A DNA stretch of 64,000 nucleotides from positions 32,001-96,000 of the IMG/VR virus record IMGVR_UViG_3300050821_016647. One strand, written 5' to 3'. Below the pieces are notes generated by a model, which worked only from the letters and a program-made list of their open reading frames with translations, searched no databases and was not told where the DNA came from. Positions 1 through 8,972 of the stretch are shown here, one piece after another (position 1 is the stretch's first letter; each line of letters begins with the position of its first letter). The stretch comes from a virus. The position numbers and the translations under genes are program-made.

Positions 1-615
1 CGTGAGAGCAGGCGAGACCGAAGCCGTCACCGTTCCGGCATCGAGCCCGAAAGTGACGCCGCCTCCGTCACTGAAAGTGACGGCCTGAAGGTTATTGCTC
101 GTCGTGCCGGCAGACAGGTTGAACACATACGAGGCAGTCAGCGTCGAAGCATTGAGACCGAAAGAAATGCGGTTACTGTCCGCGAACGTGAAAGCGCTCG
201 CGAGATTGCTCGTCGTGCCGGCGGAGAGATTGATGTCTACTCCGGATACGTTCGCCGACGCGGTCACGTTCGTCCCGTCGAAACCGAAACTAATATTATT
301 TGCGTTCGAGAAGGTGACCGCTGAAACGTTGCTCGAAGTGGTCCCGGCAGAGATGTTGATGTTGGTGAGACTCGTCGCGACCGACGCAGTGATCGTCGAA
401 TTATTCAGCCCGAACGAAACACCATTTGCATCTGAGAAGGTGAAGGCCGAAGCGAGGTTCGAAGTTGTTCCGGCGGAAATGTTGATATCGACACCGGTCA
501 CATTCACCGATGCCGTCACCGTCGACCCAGCCATACCGAACGTCACGTTGTTCGAATTCGAGAAGACGACCGTGCCGGAAGAGACGCTATTGCCCATCGC
601 CGAGATGGCGAGGGC
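1..615 (-). repeat. Intragenic tandem repeats of 37-42 aa (SAGTTS units)
   Basis: SAGTTS-coding blocks at about 94, 205, 331 and 457 (spacing 111/126/126 nt); exact 18-mer attgctcgtcgtgccggc at 94 and 205; one degenerate fifth unit. Confidence 0.8.
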
Positions 616-1023
616 CGATCCAAGACCGCTAACGTCTACGAGAATTTGCCCGTTCGTATTGTAAACTCTGAACCCATTGCCGTCCGTGCTGTACTGAAGC
701 ACGTAGCCGGGCAGCAGCGTGAATGTGAAGAGAGGAATAGCCGTAGTGCCGTCCGTCTGTTGCACGGACACCGGACACGGAGCTCCACTCGTATTCGCAA
801 CGGACAAAAACTTGACGTTGCGATCGAAGTTCGCGGGTGGAGGCGGAACAATAACGGTTGTCGTCGCCGTCGTGATAGGCGGCATATCGAGCGCGCCCGG
901 AATGACTGTCGGAGGGCTCGTACTTGAATTGATGTCAATGAACGATGCGTGAACTGCAATGGATACAACACCGGCTCCGGTGACAAGTAAAATGCTCGAG
1001 GAGGTGTTGGGTAGATTGAGCAT
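1..1023 (-). CDS. Fibre/spike-like repeat protein, partial (runs off the left edge; absent from ORF track)
   Basis: ATG at 1023 and open frame to base 1 (341 codons): MLNLPNTSSSILLVTGAG...; N-terminal ~130 aa paralogous to 1033..1422; then Ser/Thr/Asn-rich repeats (I/L)SAGTTS..(A/S)FTFS(D/N)xNxxSFGLxxSTxTAS. Confidence 0.85.
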   Translation of the reverse strand, partial: MLNLPNTSSSILLVTGAGVVSIAVHASFIDINSSTSPPTVIPGALDMPPITTATTTVIVPPPPANFDRNVKFLSVANTSGAPCPVSVQQTDGTTAIPLFTFTLLPGYVLQYSTDGNGFRVYNTNGQILVDVSGLGSALAISAMGNSVSSGTVVFSNSNNVTFGMAGSTVTASVNVTGVDINISAGTTSNLASAFTFSDANGVSFGLNNSTITASVATSLTNINISAGTTSSNVSAVTFSNANNISFGFDGTNVTASANVSGVDINLSAGTTSNLASAFTFADSNRISFGLNASTLTASYVFNLSAGTTSNNLQAVTFSDGGGVTFGLDAGTVTASVSPALT

Positions 1024-1032
1024 CTGCGTGCG

Positions 1033-1422
1033 TTACATATTCGCCAGAAGAATTCGCCCGAGTGTGTCGTAGACGCGAAAGCCGTCAGCATCCGTGTCGT
1101 ACTGAATCGTGTACCCCGACTGAAGCAGGATGGAAAAAATCGTGATGAAGTTCGTTCCATCTGTCTGCTGGACGATGATGGCGCACGGCACCGCACTCGT
1201 GTTCTGAATGGATAAGAACTTGACGTTCCGATCGAACGTCGGCGGCGGAGGCGGAACAACCACCGTCGTCGCCATCAAGGTAATGAGCGTGTTCTTCGCT
1301 CCAGGGTTGACCGTACGCGAGACGATTCCGAGATCGTCGAACGACGCGTGAACCGCGATAGACGAGACGGCGCTTCCGGTACCGACCAGAATCTTCGAGG
1401 TCGTGGTGGGGAGATTGAGCAC
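1033..1422 (-). CDS. Small beta-rich structural protein, paralogue of the N-terminal domain of the downstream fibre-like gene
   Basis: GTG start with AGGAG RBS; shares MLNLP, AVHASF, VPPPP.FDRNVKFLS, QQTDGT, GY..QY.TD..GFRVY with 1..1023. Confidence 0.85.
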   Translation of the reverse strand: MLNLPTTTSKILVGTGSAVSSIAVHASFDDLGIVSRTVNPGAKNTLITLMATTVVVPPPPPTFDRNVKFLSIQNTSAVPCAIIVQQTDGTNFITIFSILLQSGYTIQYDTDADGFRVYDTLGRILLANM

Positions 1423-1519
1423 GGCGTGCTCCTGAAGCTACTGGACAGGTCCCGCGGACCCACGCCTGCGGCTCTCGAGGAGAACGGTCTCTCTCACGAG
1501 AAGAGCCTACACCGACTCC

Positions 1520-1711
1520 TTACGTCTTTCTACCCCCGTCGCCGGACTCCTGGCCCGCAAGCTTTCGTACTGCTTCCGAGCTCTTCACGACCTCGGCATG
1601 TGCGTGCACGATGGTCAGACGCGGAGGAGCTGGCAGCGGGGGCGCATCGTTACCGAGCGCGCGACGGTGGTAAAACTGAAGAAGGTCTTTCGTGGATGCC
1701 GGAGACGTCAT
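1520..1711 (-). CDS. Hypothetical protein (63 aa)
   Basis: Fills a gap in the minus-strand operon; no motif. Confidence 0.35.
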   Translation of the reverse strand: MTSPASTKDLLQFYHRRALGNDAPPLPAPPRLTIVHAHAEVVKSSEAVRKLAGQESGDGGRKT

Positions 1712-1759
1712 TGGACCGCGTGACCTATCACGGCCGCGTCGCGTTTCAACAAATAAACG

Positions 1760-2716
1760 TCACGGGATCGGCGTGATGTGCGCCGCAATGCGGTCGAGCG
1801 CGTTTTGAATGCTCGTAGGATTCGCTCCGGACCAGTTGGCCACGGTTGTCGCCGTGTACTGCAATCCGTTGGCTCCGGAAAGAAGCAGGGGAGCTCCAGC
1901 GCCTCCAGTAAGTACGACGACAGGGGGAATAGCGCCGGCCGTTCCTCGATAGCTCGTGTTGGCACCGTCGAGCGTCAACGGAGTCAGAAGCTGAGTCCCG
2001 ACAAGAATGGCTTGGAGAAGAAAAGCACCCGTCGCGGTCATTACGTTAGGAGTGACTCCTCCGTTCGTTCCAACGCTGTCCCCATTCGAAGACCAGAACG
2101 ACTGGAAGTGTGTGGCCGTGACATTCACATTCGACTGAATGTCATTGCCCTGAGTGTAAATGACGTTTACGTCCGTGAGGCTCAACGTCCCGAGAATGTC
2201 ACAAGTGATCAAACTCAAAGTCGAACCGGTACCTGCTCCACCCAGGACGGTCAGATTGTTGTCAAACTCACAATTGAAGAAAAAGAGGAAAGGTGTCTCG
2301 ATAGCTCCCCAGTTGAAAGTCTGGGACTGCGAGAACTGAATGTTGCTGAAGGTCGCGGTTCCAAAGTTTCCGAACCCACCGCCGATTGTCATTAGGCCGG
2401 TGAAAAACGTCCCCTCAGGCTCGATAGCCGTAAACGAGACTCCGCTCTTGAGCGAGAGATTGTCGCTATATGATCCGGGGCCCACCTGGATCGACCACCC
2501 GCCGGAGTTGTCCGTGGTCGCCAGAGCTTTGGTCGGCGTCAAGAACGGCGCGTCGATCGTTCCGTTGCCGGTCGCGTCATTACCGCCCTTGTTGACGAAA
2601 ATAATCTTCGTCGCAGACACTGGCGGAGGAGGTATAGGTTGCCCACCCTCGATGGCTTGGACGCGCTGAAGAGCCTCTGCCGCGATTGCCCAAACCTTCA
2701 TCAAGAGCGTTCTCAT
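1760..2716 (-). CDS. Beta-helix (DUF1565/pectin-lyase-like) fibre or spike protein
   Basis: IIFVNKGGNDATGNGTIDAPFLT..AL motif typical of DUF1565-type beta-helix N-termini; G/T/N-rich; paralogous to 3761..5563. Confidence 0.7.
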   Translation of the reverse strand: MRTLLMKVWAIAAEALQRVQAIEGGQPIPPPPVSATKIIFVNKGGNDATGNGTIDAPFLTPTKALATTDNSGGWSIQVGPGSYSDNLSLKSGVSFTAIEPEGTFFTGLMTIGGGFGNFGTATFSNIQFSQSQTFNWGAIETPFLFFFNCEFDNNLTVLGGAGTGSTLSLITCDILGTLSLTDVNVIYTQGNDIQSNVNVTATHFQSFWSSNGDSVGTNGGVTPNVMTATGAFLLQAILVGTQLLTPLTLDGANTSYRGTAGAIPPVVVLTGGAGAPLLLSGANGLQYTATTVANWSGANPTSIQNALDRIAAHITPIP

Positions 2717-2748
2717 GCTCTGAAGACTACATCAGCTCCAGAGCGTCG

Positions 2749-2961
2749 TCACCTGTCTCGGCGACCACGGCGAGACCGGCTCTGAGCGGCTCCGCGAGCC
2801 ATCCGAATCCGTCCTAGACCCTCTTGGACCTTCTCTTCCACTCGCTCGAGGCCGTCGTCGATGGCCTCCGCAACGGAATTGGACAAGACCTCAGCGACCT
2901 GTTTGCCAAAACCTCGCAAGAGCGACTCGAGGGCCGGTGGGACCTGTACTCGCCTAGGCAA
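2749..2961 (-). CDS. Small helical hypothetical protein
   Basis: 70 aa, overlaps the upstream ORF in the operon. Confidence 0.55.
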   Translation of the reverse strand: MPRRVQVPPALESLLRGFGKQVAEVLSNSVAEAIDDGLERVEEKVQEGLGRIRMARGAAQSRSRRGRRDR

Positions 2962-3286
2962 GGTGCAACCCCGAGCGCTTCGCGCGCTGCTTGAGCTTCA
3001 ACGCCTCAGAAGAGGCGATGAGCGTCTCCCACGGCGCGTCACAGTGGAAAGCCGTGACAGAAATCCAGAGCGCACCTTCTGGGATTTCCAGAGAATCGAG
3101 CCCAAGCCACGGATAAACGAGCACATCGGTGCGCGGAGCAACTCCCCCACCCGCCGTAGGCTGGACGCTGAAAGGTAGATTGAGCTTGTGCAACGATTTG
3201 AGCGATCGACTCGCCGGACGCTTACCCAGAAACCACTCGCCGTTGGTGAGAACCGCCCACCACTCGTTCAGATCGAAGTCGTTCAT
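2954..3286 (-). CDS. Hypothetical protein
   Basis: 110 aa, in operon, globular composition. Confidence 0.6.
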   Translation of the reverse strand: MNDFDLNEWWAVLTNGEWFLGKRPASRSLKSLHKLNLPFSVQPTAGGGVAPRTDVLVYPWLGLDSLEIPEGALWISVTAFHCDAPWETLIASSEALKLKQRAKRSGLHLA

Positions 3287-3336
3287 GCCGGCAGACTACG
3301 CCGGCATGGGACTGTATGGCAAGTCGAGGATGCTGC

Positions 3337-3702
3337 TTACACGCCAGCGTTGAAGACGGCGTACCGGTACGTTCCGAGGTCACCTGTCTGCGTGACACCC
3401 GGCGTCCCGGACTCGTGGCTCGTTACCGTGAATCCGGTACCGGGAGTGATGTCGGCTTCCAGCGTTCCGAGCGCAGTGGAAGCATTGACCCCGGCGAGGG
3501 TCAACGCCACGGTCGATCGTGCCGTGATGGAAGGCAACACCACCGCCGGGCTCACGCCCGCCACGAGTGTGACCGTTCCGGTCGACAAGACCTGTCCAGC
3601 CAGCGCCGCTGCTGCGGCAGCTTGCTGAGCTCGCATCTCCGCATCCGCTGCCAATAACCCGGTCGTCTTCAGCTCGCTCTTGTCGCCCATGATCGTTCTC
3701 AT
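3337..3702 (-). CDS. Small beta-rich structural protein
   Basis: Ala-rich helix then T/G/V-rich strands ending YRYAVF; adjacent to fibre genes. Confidence 0.65.
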   Translation of the reverse strand: MRTIMGDKSELKTTGLLAADAEMRAQQAAAAAALAGQVLSTGTVTLVAGVSPAVVLPSITARSTVALTLAGVNASTALGTLEADITPGTGFTVTSHESGTPGVTQTGDLGTYRYAVFNAGV

Positions 3703-3760
3703 TTCTCTTTCCGCGCCTTAGCGCTTCATCTTACGCCATCTGGCGCAAACTTACTCTATT

Positions 3761-5563
3761 TTACAGTCCGCCTGTCGCTTTCATGAACGCCAGCGTCTGT
3801 GCGATCTCGGGCGCTGTCTGCCCAACGCAGTATGCAACCATCGATCGGTAATGCCCCTGGAACACCTGGCTCGTCGAGGCTCCACCCGCGGTGATCTGAC
3901 CTACCGTAGAGGAGAGCGCAACGATGTCGACCGGTCCGACGCCGGCCGTCGTTACGGGCGGATTGTTGTCCAGGTAGATCGAAAGGTTGCCCTCAAACAA
4001 CGTACCTAGAACGTAGTGCGCGACAGCCCCCGACACGCTTGCGCTTTCCGCGAACTTGGGCGGGTTCACGCCAGATGAGTCGTTGATGAACACGGAAAAG
4101 ATCACGTTGCCGGGAGTAGCGGAATCGAGGCCAACGGTAAGTCCGATTCCGTTTCGATTGCCTCCTCCGTTCTGCGTCGAGGCAAAGATGATCGGATTGA
4201 GCTGGGACGCCAGCCAGTCCTTCGTTCCCGTGTAGAGGACGCAAGCCGCGATCGTGAATTCATCGGGCTTGAGGAAGAACGTCCCCGCCATCATCGAGAC
4301 GTCGGCGTATTGGAACTGGCTCATCGACGGCGACTCGAGCGTGTCGAGCGTCGCCTTACCGTTGAAACCCGCCGGATTGAACGTCGCGGGCGTGGTGCCG
4401 TCAACGAAGGTCGTCCAGAGCTGACCGACGCGCGACGGGGCCTGGTCAAACCACTCCGGGACTGCACCTGCGTTGTTGAACACGCCGACGTCAGCGTTGA
4501 CGAACGTCGTCATCCCACGTGTCGACAGGTTGAACGCGAACGCACCTGGCGCAGGTGACCATGTCACTCCGTTGACGCCGTCAGCCGTCGCGACCGTTCC
4601 TGCGGCTGCGGCCACTCCGGTTGAATTTGTGGAGTTCAAACCAACGACCGGTGACGTAGGAACAGGAGCCGCAGCTCCACCGACGAGCGTGACGGTAGAT
4701 GGAATTCCTCCAGCCGTCGCGGTATAGGAAGTGTGACCACCACCACCATCAGTCAGTGTGAGTGTCGTTCCCGCTCCTGCTCCCGTACCTGTCAAATTAG
4801 CAGAAACGTTCTGTCCTGCTGACGCGTTGATCGACAACGCAATACCGTTGAGAATATCACCGAAGCTCTGCCACGATGTTGCGACCGTTGCGCTAGAAGC
4901 GAAGCTCGTAGCTCCGGCAAACAAAGTAAGGTTCGTTTCAACAGAGCACCCGACGAAAGTAGACGAACCCCCAATCGTCGAACCTGTTTGAATAATAAAA
5001 AGAGCCCCTACTGCGCCGGTAACATCACCGGTAACTGAAAGATCGCCGTCTACATTGGTCTTCGCTCCTAAGAAAAACTGACCGAAGAAACCGCCAGCGT
5101 TGACCCCCGTGAAGTTGAGAGTGACGTTCCCTCCGACCTCACACGCGTCAAGCCCTCCCAAGACAAGATTTGCTGCACCGGCTGCAACCCATAGAGGAAG
5201 GTCGAGTGTAATTGAACCGTTGAGAAAAAATCCAAGCGTACTTGCATCGAGTCCCGAGACAATGACGTTTGGGACCCAGGAAATGCTCTCAGTATACCCT
5301 CCTGGACCTACCTGAATAAGTGCAGGCTGATCAAATGTCGGCGCTATCCCTGCCGCCACCGTCATCGCCTTACCGATGGTCAAAAACGGCTTCTCATCCG
5401 TCCCGTCTCCCGTCGCGTCGTTTCCACCCTTGTTCACGATGATCGTGAACGTTGCCGCAGGCAAAGGGCCGTCACCTCCGCCACCGCCGCCGCCGAAGAA
5501 GCTCCTGTAAAGGGCTTCGTCGGCGATCTGACGTGTTGCCTTGAGGACGTTTGCGGTTCTCAT
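3761..5563 (-). CDS. Fibre/receptor-binding protein: DUF1565-like beta-helix plus C-terminal ConA/LamG-like domain
   Basis: IIVNKGGNDATGDGTDEKPFLT motif; C-terminus with EFTIAACV, HYVLGT...LSIYLDN, ITAGG...FQGHYRSMVAY resembling a LamG-type lectin. Confidence 0.7.
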   Translation of the reverse strand: MRTANVLKATRQIADEALYRSFFGGGGGGGDGPLPAATFTIIVNKGGNDATGDGTDEKPFLTIGKAMTVAAGIAPTFDQPALIQVGPGGYTESISWVPNVIVSGLDASTLGFFLNGSITLDLPLWVAAGAANLVLGGLDACEVGGNVTLNFTGVNAGGFFGQFFLGAKTNVDGDLSVTGDVTGAVGALFIIQTGSTIGGSSTFVGCSVETNLTLFAGATSFASSATVATSWQSFGDILNGIALSINASAGQNVSANLTGTGAGAGTTLTLTDGGGGHTSYTATAGGIPSTVTLVGGAAAPVPTSPVVGLNSTNSTGVAAAAGTVATADGVNGVTWSPAPGAFAFNLSTRGMTTFVNADVGVFNNAGAVPEWFDQAPSRVGQLWTTFVDGTTPATFNPAGFNGKATLDTLESPSMSQFQYADVSMMAGTFFLKPDEFTIAACVLYTGTKDWLASQLNPIIFASTQNGGGNRNGIGLTVGLDSATPGNVIFSVFINDSSGVNPPKFAESASVSGAVAHYVLGTLFEGNLSIYLDNNPPVTTAGVGPVDIVALSSTVGQITAGGASTSQVFQGHYRSMVAYCVGQTAPEIAQTLAFMKATGGL

Positions 5564-5567
5564 GGGT

Positions 5568-6116
5568 TCACTTTACGTGCACAACGAAGTGCTCAATCAG
5601 ATACGTCAGTCCTGTAACGACAGGAATGAGAATTCCCATATAGAAGAGATACTTATTTCTCGTTCTCTCTTCACGCTTCTCTTGAAGCTCTTCTCGCTGC
5701 TGAAGAGCAACCAACGCCTCTTTGGCGCCGCGCTCCTCGGCTTCCTTCTCTTTGATTTTCTCCTGAATGCGCGAGAGTTCCGCATGATCCATGACCCAGT
5801 GCGACCCGGTCGGTGATTGCGAAACGCGGACTTCGAGCTTCTCCGTCAGGGGCGGAGGTGGGACCGATCGAGTCTTGAGCGGAGGCGCCCCAACCGCACG
5901 AGCTACGTCTTCTAGACGCGCCTCGACTCGACCCGCGATCCCGTGCGCCGCCAGCGCAATGCCCTTGGTCTCGTCGATAGCGGCCTCGAGCTCAGGAATC
6001 TTCTTTTCGAGGTTGTCATTCACCTTGAACGCTAACGTGGCATATCCGCGTGCTAAGTCGATCGGTGCCATGGGGATGGCGGCCTCGTCATTTGCAGGTC
6101 GGGATGAGCTCGGCAT
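5568..6116 (-). CDS. Coiled-coil protein with C-terminal transmembrane helix
   Basis: Start moved to 6116 (TGATG overlap with upstream stop); E/K-rich coil; YLFYMGILIPVVTGLTYLI TM. Confidence 0.75.
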   Translation of the reverse strand: MPSSSRPANDEAAIPMAPIDLARGYATLAFKVNDNLEKKIPELEAAIDETKGIALAAHGIAGRVEARLEDVARAVGAPPLKTRSVPPPPLTEKLEVRVSQSPTGSHWVMDHAELSRIQEKIKEKEAEERGAKEALVALQQREELQEKREERTRNKYLFYMGILIPVVTGLTYLIEHFVVHVK

Positions 6117-7771
6117 CACGAACCCGCTACGGTACGCGCATGAGCTAGGTAGACGATGCCACCAATTCCAACTGCAACGACGGCAAGCCCAGCTACCAAA
6201 AGACCTGTGTTGGTGGAAGCCGGCGCTGCGGGAGCCACGAACGGAGCGACCGCTGGCGTCGATGTCGTCGTTGCACCGGTCCACGACGGCGTAAGCCCCT
6301 CCGGAATCGTCCCAGGCTGCGTCTGCGACGCAGGGGGAAGCGTCGTATCGCCCGTCCAGCCAGGTGTAGACGGTCCGGACGTTGGGGGTGCGTACGTAAT
6401 GTCGCCGATCGTCACCGATCCATCCGGGTTCGTCGTCGAGGCTGGCGGAAACGGAGCTTGACCGAGCCCTGCCATCGCACGCGCCGTGTCGCGTAGATCT
6501 TGAGCGTTCGCCGGGCCGAGCGGACCGACGCCCTTCAAGAGGTGAATCTGCGTGCTGCCGTTGTTGGGCTCCTGGTATACGCACCCGGGATCATCAAGCG
6601 CCGTCGAAGGATCCCACAAAAACTGATTGCAGGTACACGTGCCCCACTCCCACTCGCAGTAGGGGTGGTGCTCGTTGTCCGTCGGCTCCATCGAGGTCTG
6701 GCCGCAGCACCCGCCGAGACCGGTCGGTCCGATCGCCGTCGAAGGCTTTCCACACCCCGCGCACTGACCGACGCCCGTAGGTTCGCCAGAGAGCCCAACC
6801 GACAGCGTGTGCGCCGGCACTTCGGGATCGACTTCACCTGGATACCGATCCCAGATGTAATTCTGACCGAGCCCCGTCACGCCGTCGTCGCAACGATCGA
6901 CCTGGACGTTCCATCCGTCGCGCGCGGGGTAGAACTGGAAAATCCCTGAGACATCGCCGAAGCGATAGAAAACGACCTCACCCTGCTTCATCTTGGCGGC
7001 TTGGAGCTCTTTCCTCTTCGCCAAGACCTGCGCCGAATCACCCGTGTACGGCGACCACGAGCATGCGTCGACCTGCACCTCGGTCACGCCGTAAAAGTAC
7101 GGGTACCAGTAGCCGTCCCACCATCCACCGCCCCAACCCCAGCCTCCCCAGCCGTGGCCGTGGCCGTGACCGGGCGGAAATGGGTGATGCCCTCCTCCAC
7201 CGTGACCAGGATGTCCACCCCCTCCACCTCCGCCGCCTCCACCACCTCCTCCGCCCGGCGTCAGGTGAGGCGTCAGAAGACCGCCCGCGGGAGGAGCTGC
7301 GTGCTGAGGGGCATGCGCCGGTCGATTGCCGGCATGTCCTCCCCCGTGACCTCCACCGTGACCGCCTCCACCATGTCCGCCTCCGCCGCCTCGACCGAGA
7401 GCGCCGACGCCGGGATGGTGTTCTTCGTGCCTCTCAGCGTGCCTCGGAGTCTGCTGCCCTTGCTGCTGAGCCGTATGAAGCTTCGCAGAAGCTGCATTGT
7501 AGATCCCGACCAATCCGCCACCCGGACCACCTGCCGCATGTCCGCTGTGCCCTTTGTGAGAAGCAACATGGCCGCGACCCACACCCGTGGGCCACGACGC
7601 TGGTACGTGAAGCTGTTCTCCGACCGAGAAGTCAGAGAAGGTCTTCCCAAGCCCGGTCGGCAGCGTTGTCTTGTGCGGGTTCGCCGCCACGAGCTCCGGA
7701 AACCGTTGCCAGTTTCCGGTGAGCCTGTGCGCGATTCGTGCCGGCGTATCGCCTTGTCGGACGGTGTACAT
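6116..7771 (-). CDS. LysM-domain, Gly/His-rich modular virion protein with C-terminal membrane anchor
   Basis: YTVRQGDT...IA...ELVAANP...VGEQLHVP (LysM); 8 G[LV]G motifs; TM GLLVAGLAVVAVGIGGIVYLA. Confidence 0.8.
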   Translation of the reverse strand: MYTVRQGDTPARIAHRLTGNWQRFPELVAANPHKTTLPTGLGKTFSDFSVGEQLHVPASWPTGVGRGHVASHKGHSGHAAGGPGGGLVGIYNAASAKLHTAQQQGQQTPRHAERHEEHHPGVGALGRGGGGGHGGGGHGGGHGGGHAGNRPAHAPQHAAPPAGGLLTPHLTPGGGGGGGGGGGGGGHPGHGGGGHHPFPPGHGHGHGWGGWGWGGGWWDGYWYPYFYGVTEVQVDACSWSPYTGDSAQVLAKRKELQAAKMKQGEVVFYRFGDVSGIFQFYPARDGWNVQVDRCDDGVTGLGQNYIWDRYPGEVDPEVPAHTLSVGLSGEPTGVGQCAGCGKPSTAIGPTGLGGCCGQTSMEPTDNEHHPYCEWEWGTCTCNQFLWDPSTALDDPGCVYQEPNNGSTQIHLLKGVGPLGPANAQDLRDTARAMAGLGQAPFPPASTTNPDGSVTIGDITYAPPTSGPSTPGWTGDTTLPPASQTQPGTIPEGLTPSWTGATTTSTPAVAPFVAPAAPASTNTGLLVAGLAVVAVGIGGIVYLAHARTVAGS

Positions 7772-7803
7772 GGGCTTCCCTCAAACGTGACTTGCTGTGT
7801 GAC

Positions 7804-8235
7804 TTACCTGCGGCGCGCGTACGCGCGGTGAGAAGAACGTCGACCAAAGGACGACCTGGACTTTCCACCACCCTGAACTGTCTTGCGGTGAGCGAGGTAA
7901 GCAACCGCCGCGATTCCGCCGACAACCGCGATGGCGCCGAGGATGAGCGGCGTGTTGCCGGTCGTGAGCGACGAAAGGACCGAAGAAGCGGTACCCGTCG
8001 TCGAGGCAGCAGAGCCGACAGCTGTCCCACCGCCGCCGCCGCCGCTGCCCAAGATCGTTCCCGTGTATGTCGGGTCTGATCCGTCGGGACCAAGAAGCTG
8101 AGACGTTTCCGTCCCACCCTCGGCTCCGCCCGAAATGAGGCTGTTGCCTCCACTGTCCGTTCCGTCCGAGCCCGCTGCGGGCCCGAGCTGGCCTAGACCG
8201 CGCAGCAGTGAAGTGTGAAACGCCGGCTCATCCAT
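7804..8235 (-). CDS. Membrane-anchored virion protein with Arg-rich C-terminal tail
   Basis: Start MDEPAF with GAGAGG RBS; leader ...LLRGLGQ; G/S/T linker; TM LILGAIAVVGGIAAVAYLA; tail RRSSHRAYARRR. Confidence 0.8.
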   Translation of the reverse strand: MDEPAFHTSLLRGLGQLGPAAGSDGTDSGGNSLISGGAEGGTETSQLLGPDGSDPTYTGTILGSGGGGGGTAVGSAASTTGTASSVLSSLTTGNTPLILGAIAVVGGIAAVAYLAHRKTVQGGGKSRSSFGRRSSHRAYARRR

Positions 8236-8252
8236 GATCATCTTCCTCTCGT

Positions 8253-8972
8253 TCACCTGTTGGAAATTACGTATGCCAGTCCGAACCCGGCTGCGATGCT
8301 GATGACTCCCACGGCAAGCGGCACGCCCCATCCCGCGAGCGCATCGCCGATCGTCGAAGCGGTCGTGGTTGGCGTCGCCGTTTGACCAACTCCTCGAACC
8401 GCGACACGTCCAAACCCCACTGGAAAGCTCGTGCTCCCAGGAATGGACGGTGGAGCCGAGGGCGACGAGCACGGCGGCATCTGCACTGCGCACTTCGCTC
8501 CTTCGCAACCCTCGCATGGACCGCCTGCGGCGCAGCTGCCACAGCACGGCTTGCCCGTCGCCGACGTTCCGGGCGCCGCTCCTACACCTTCGCCCACGTG
8601 CTGCATCGCCGGTACGCCGCGACGACCCATGATCGTGAGAATGGGCTCGACGCCGTGGCCGCTGTCGTCCCCACCGCCGTCCGCTCCCGCTCGAGGACGC
8701 ACCGCATAGGCCGGCGCCGGCTGAGGATAGGCGTGACCTGCCACGCCCAACTGACGTGACGGAGCTCGAGACTCCCATGCTGGCGGCACTGTGAGGCGCT
8801 CGCCGACGTGGAGTTCTCGAAACGTAGGAATCTGACCGAGTCCGACGCGCGCGGTGACAGAGGACTTGTGTGCGTTCGCACGCACGAGCTCGCTCATTCG
8901 TGCAGGATTGCCCGTCAGTTTCTGAGCAATCACCATCGGCGTGTCGCCAGGTTGGACGATGTAGAAACTCAT
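8253..8972 (-). CDS. Second LysM-domain membrane-anchored protein
   Basis: Start MSFYIVQPGDT at 8972 (ATGA overlap, GGAGG RBS); paralogous LysM; Cys cluster KPCCGSCAAGGPCEGC; C-terminal TM. Confidence 0.8.
   Translation of the reverse strand: MSFYIVQPGDTPMVIAQKLTGNPARMSELVRANAHKSSVTARVGLGQIPTFRELHVGERLTVPPAWESRAPSRQLGVAGHAYPQPAPAYAVRPRAGADGGGDDSGHGVEPILTIMGRRGVPAMQHVGEGVGAAPGTSATGKPCCGSCAAGGPCEGCEGAKCAVQMPPCSSPSAPPSIPGSTSFPVGFGRVAVRGVGQTATPTTTASTIGDALAGWGVPLAVGVISIAAGFGLAYVISNR

Noticed and set aside
5568-6116. Holin or spanin call
   Set aside because: Single C-terminal TM and coiled coil only; no adjacent endolysin recognised
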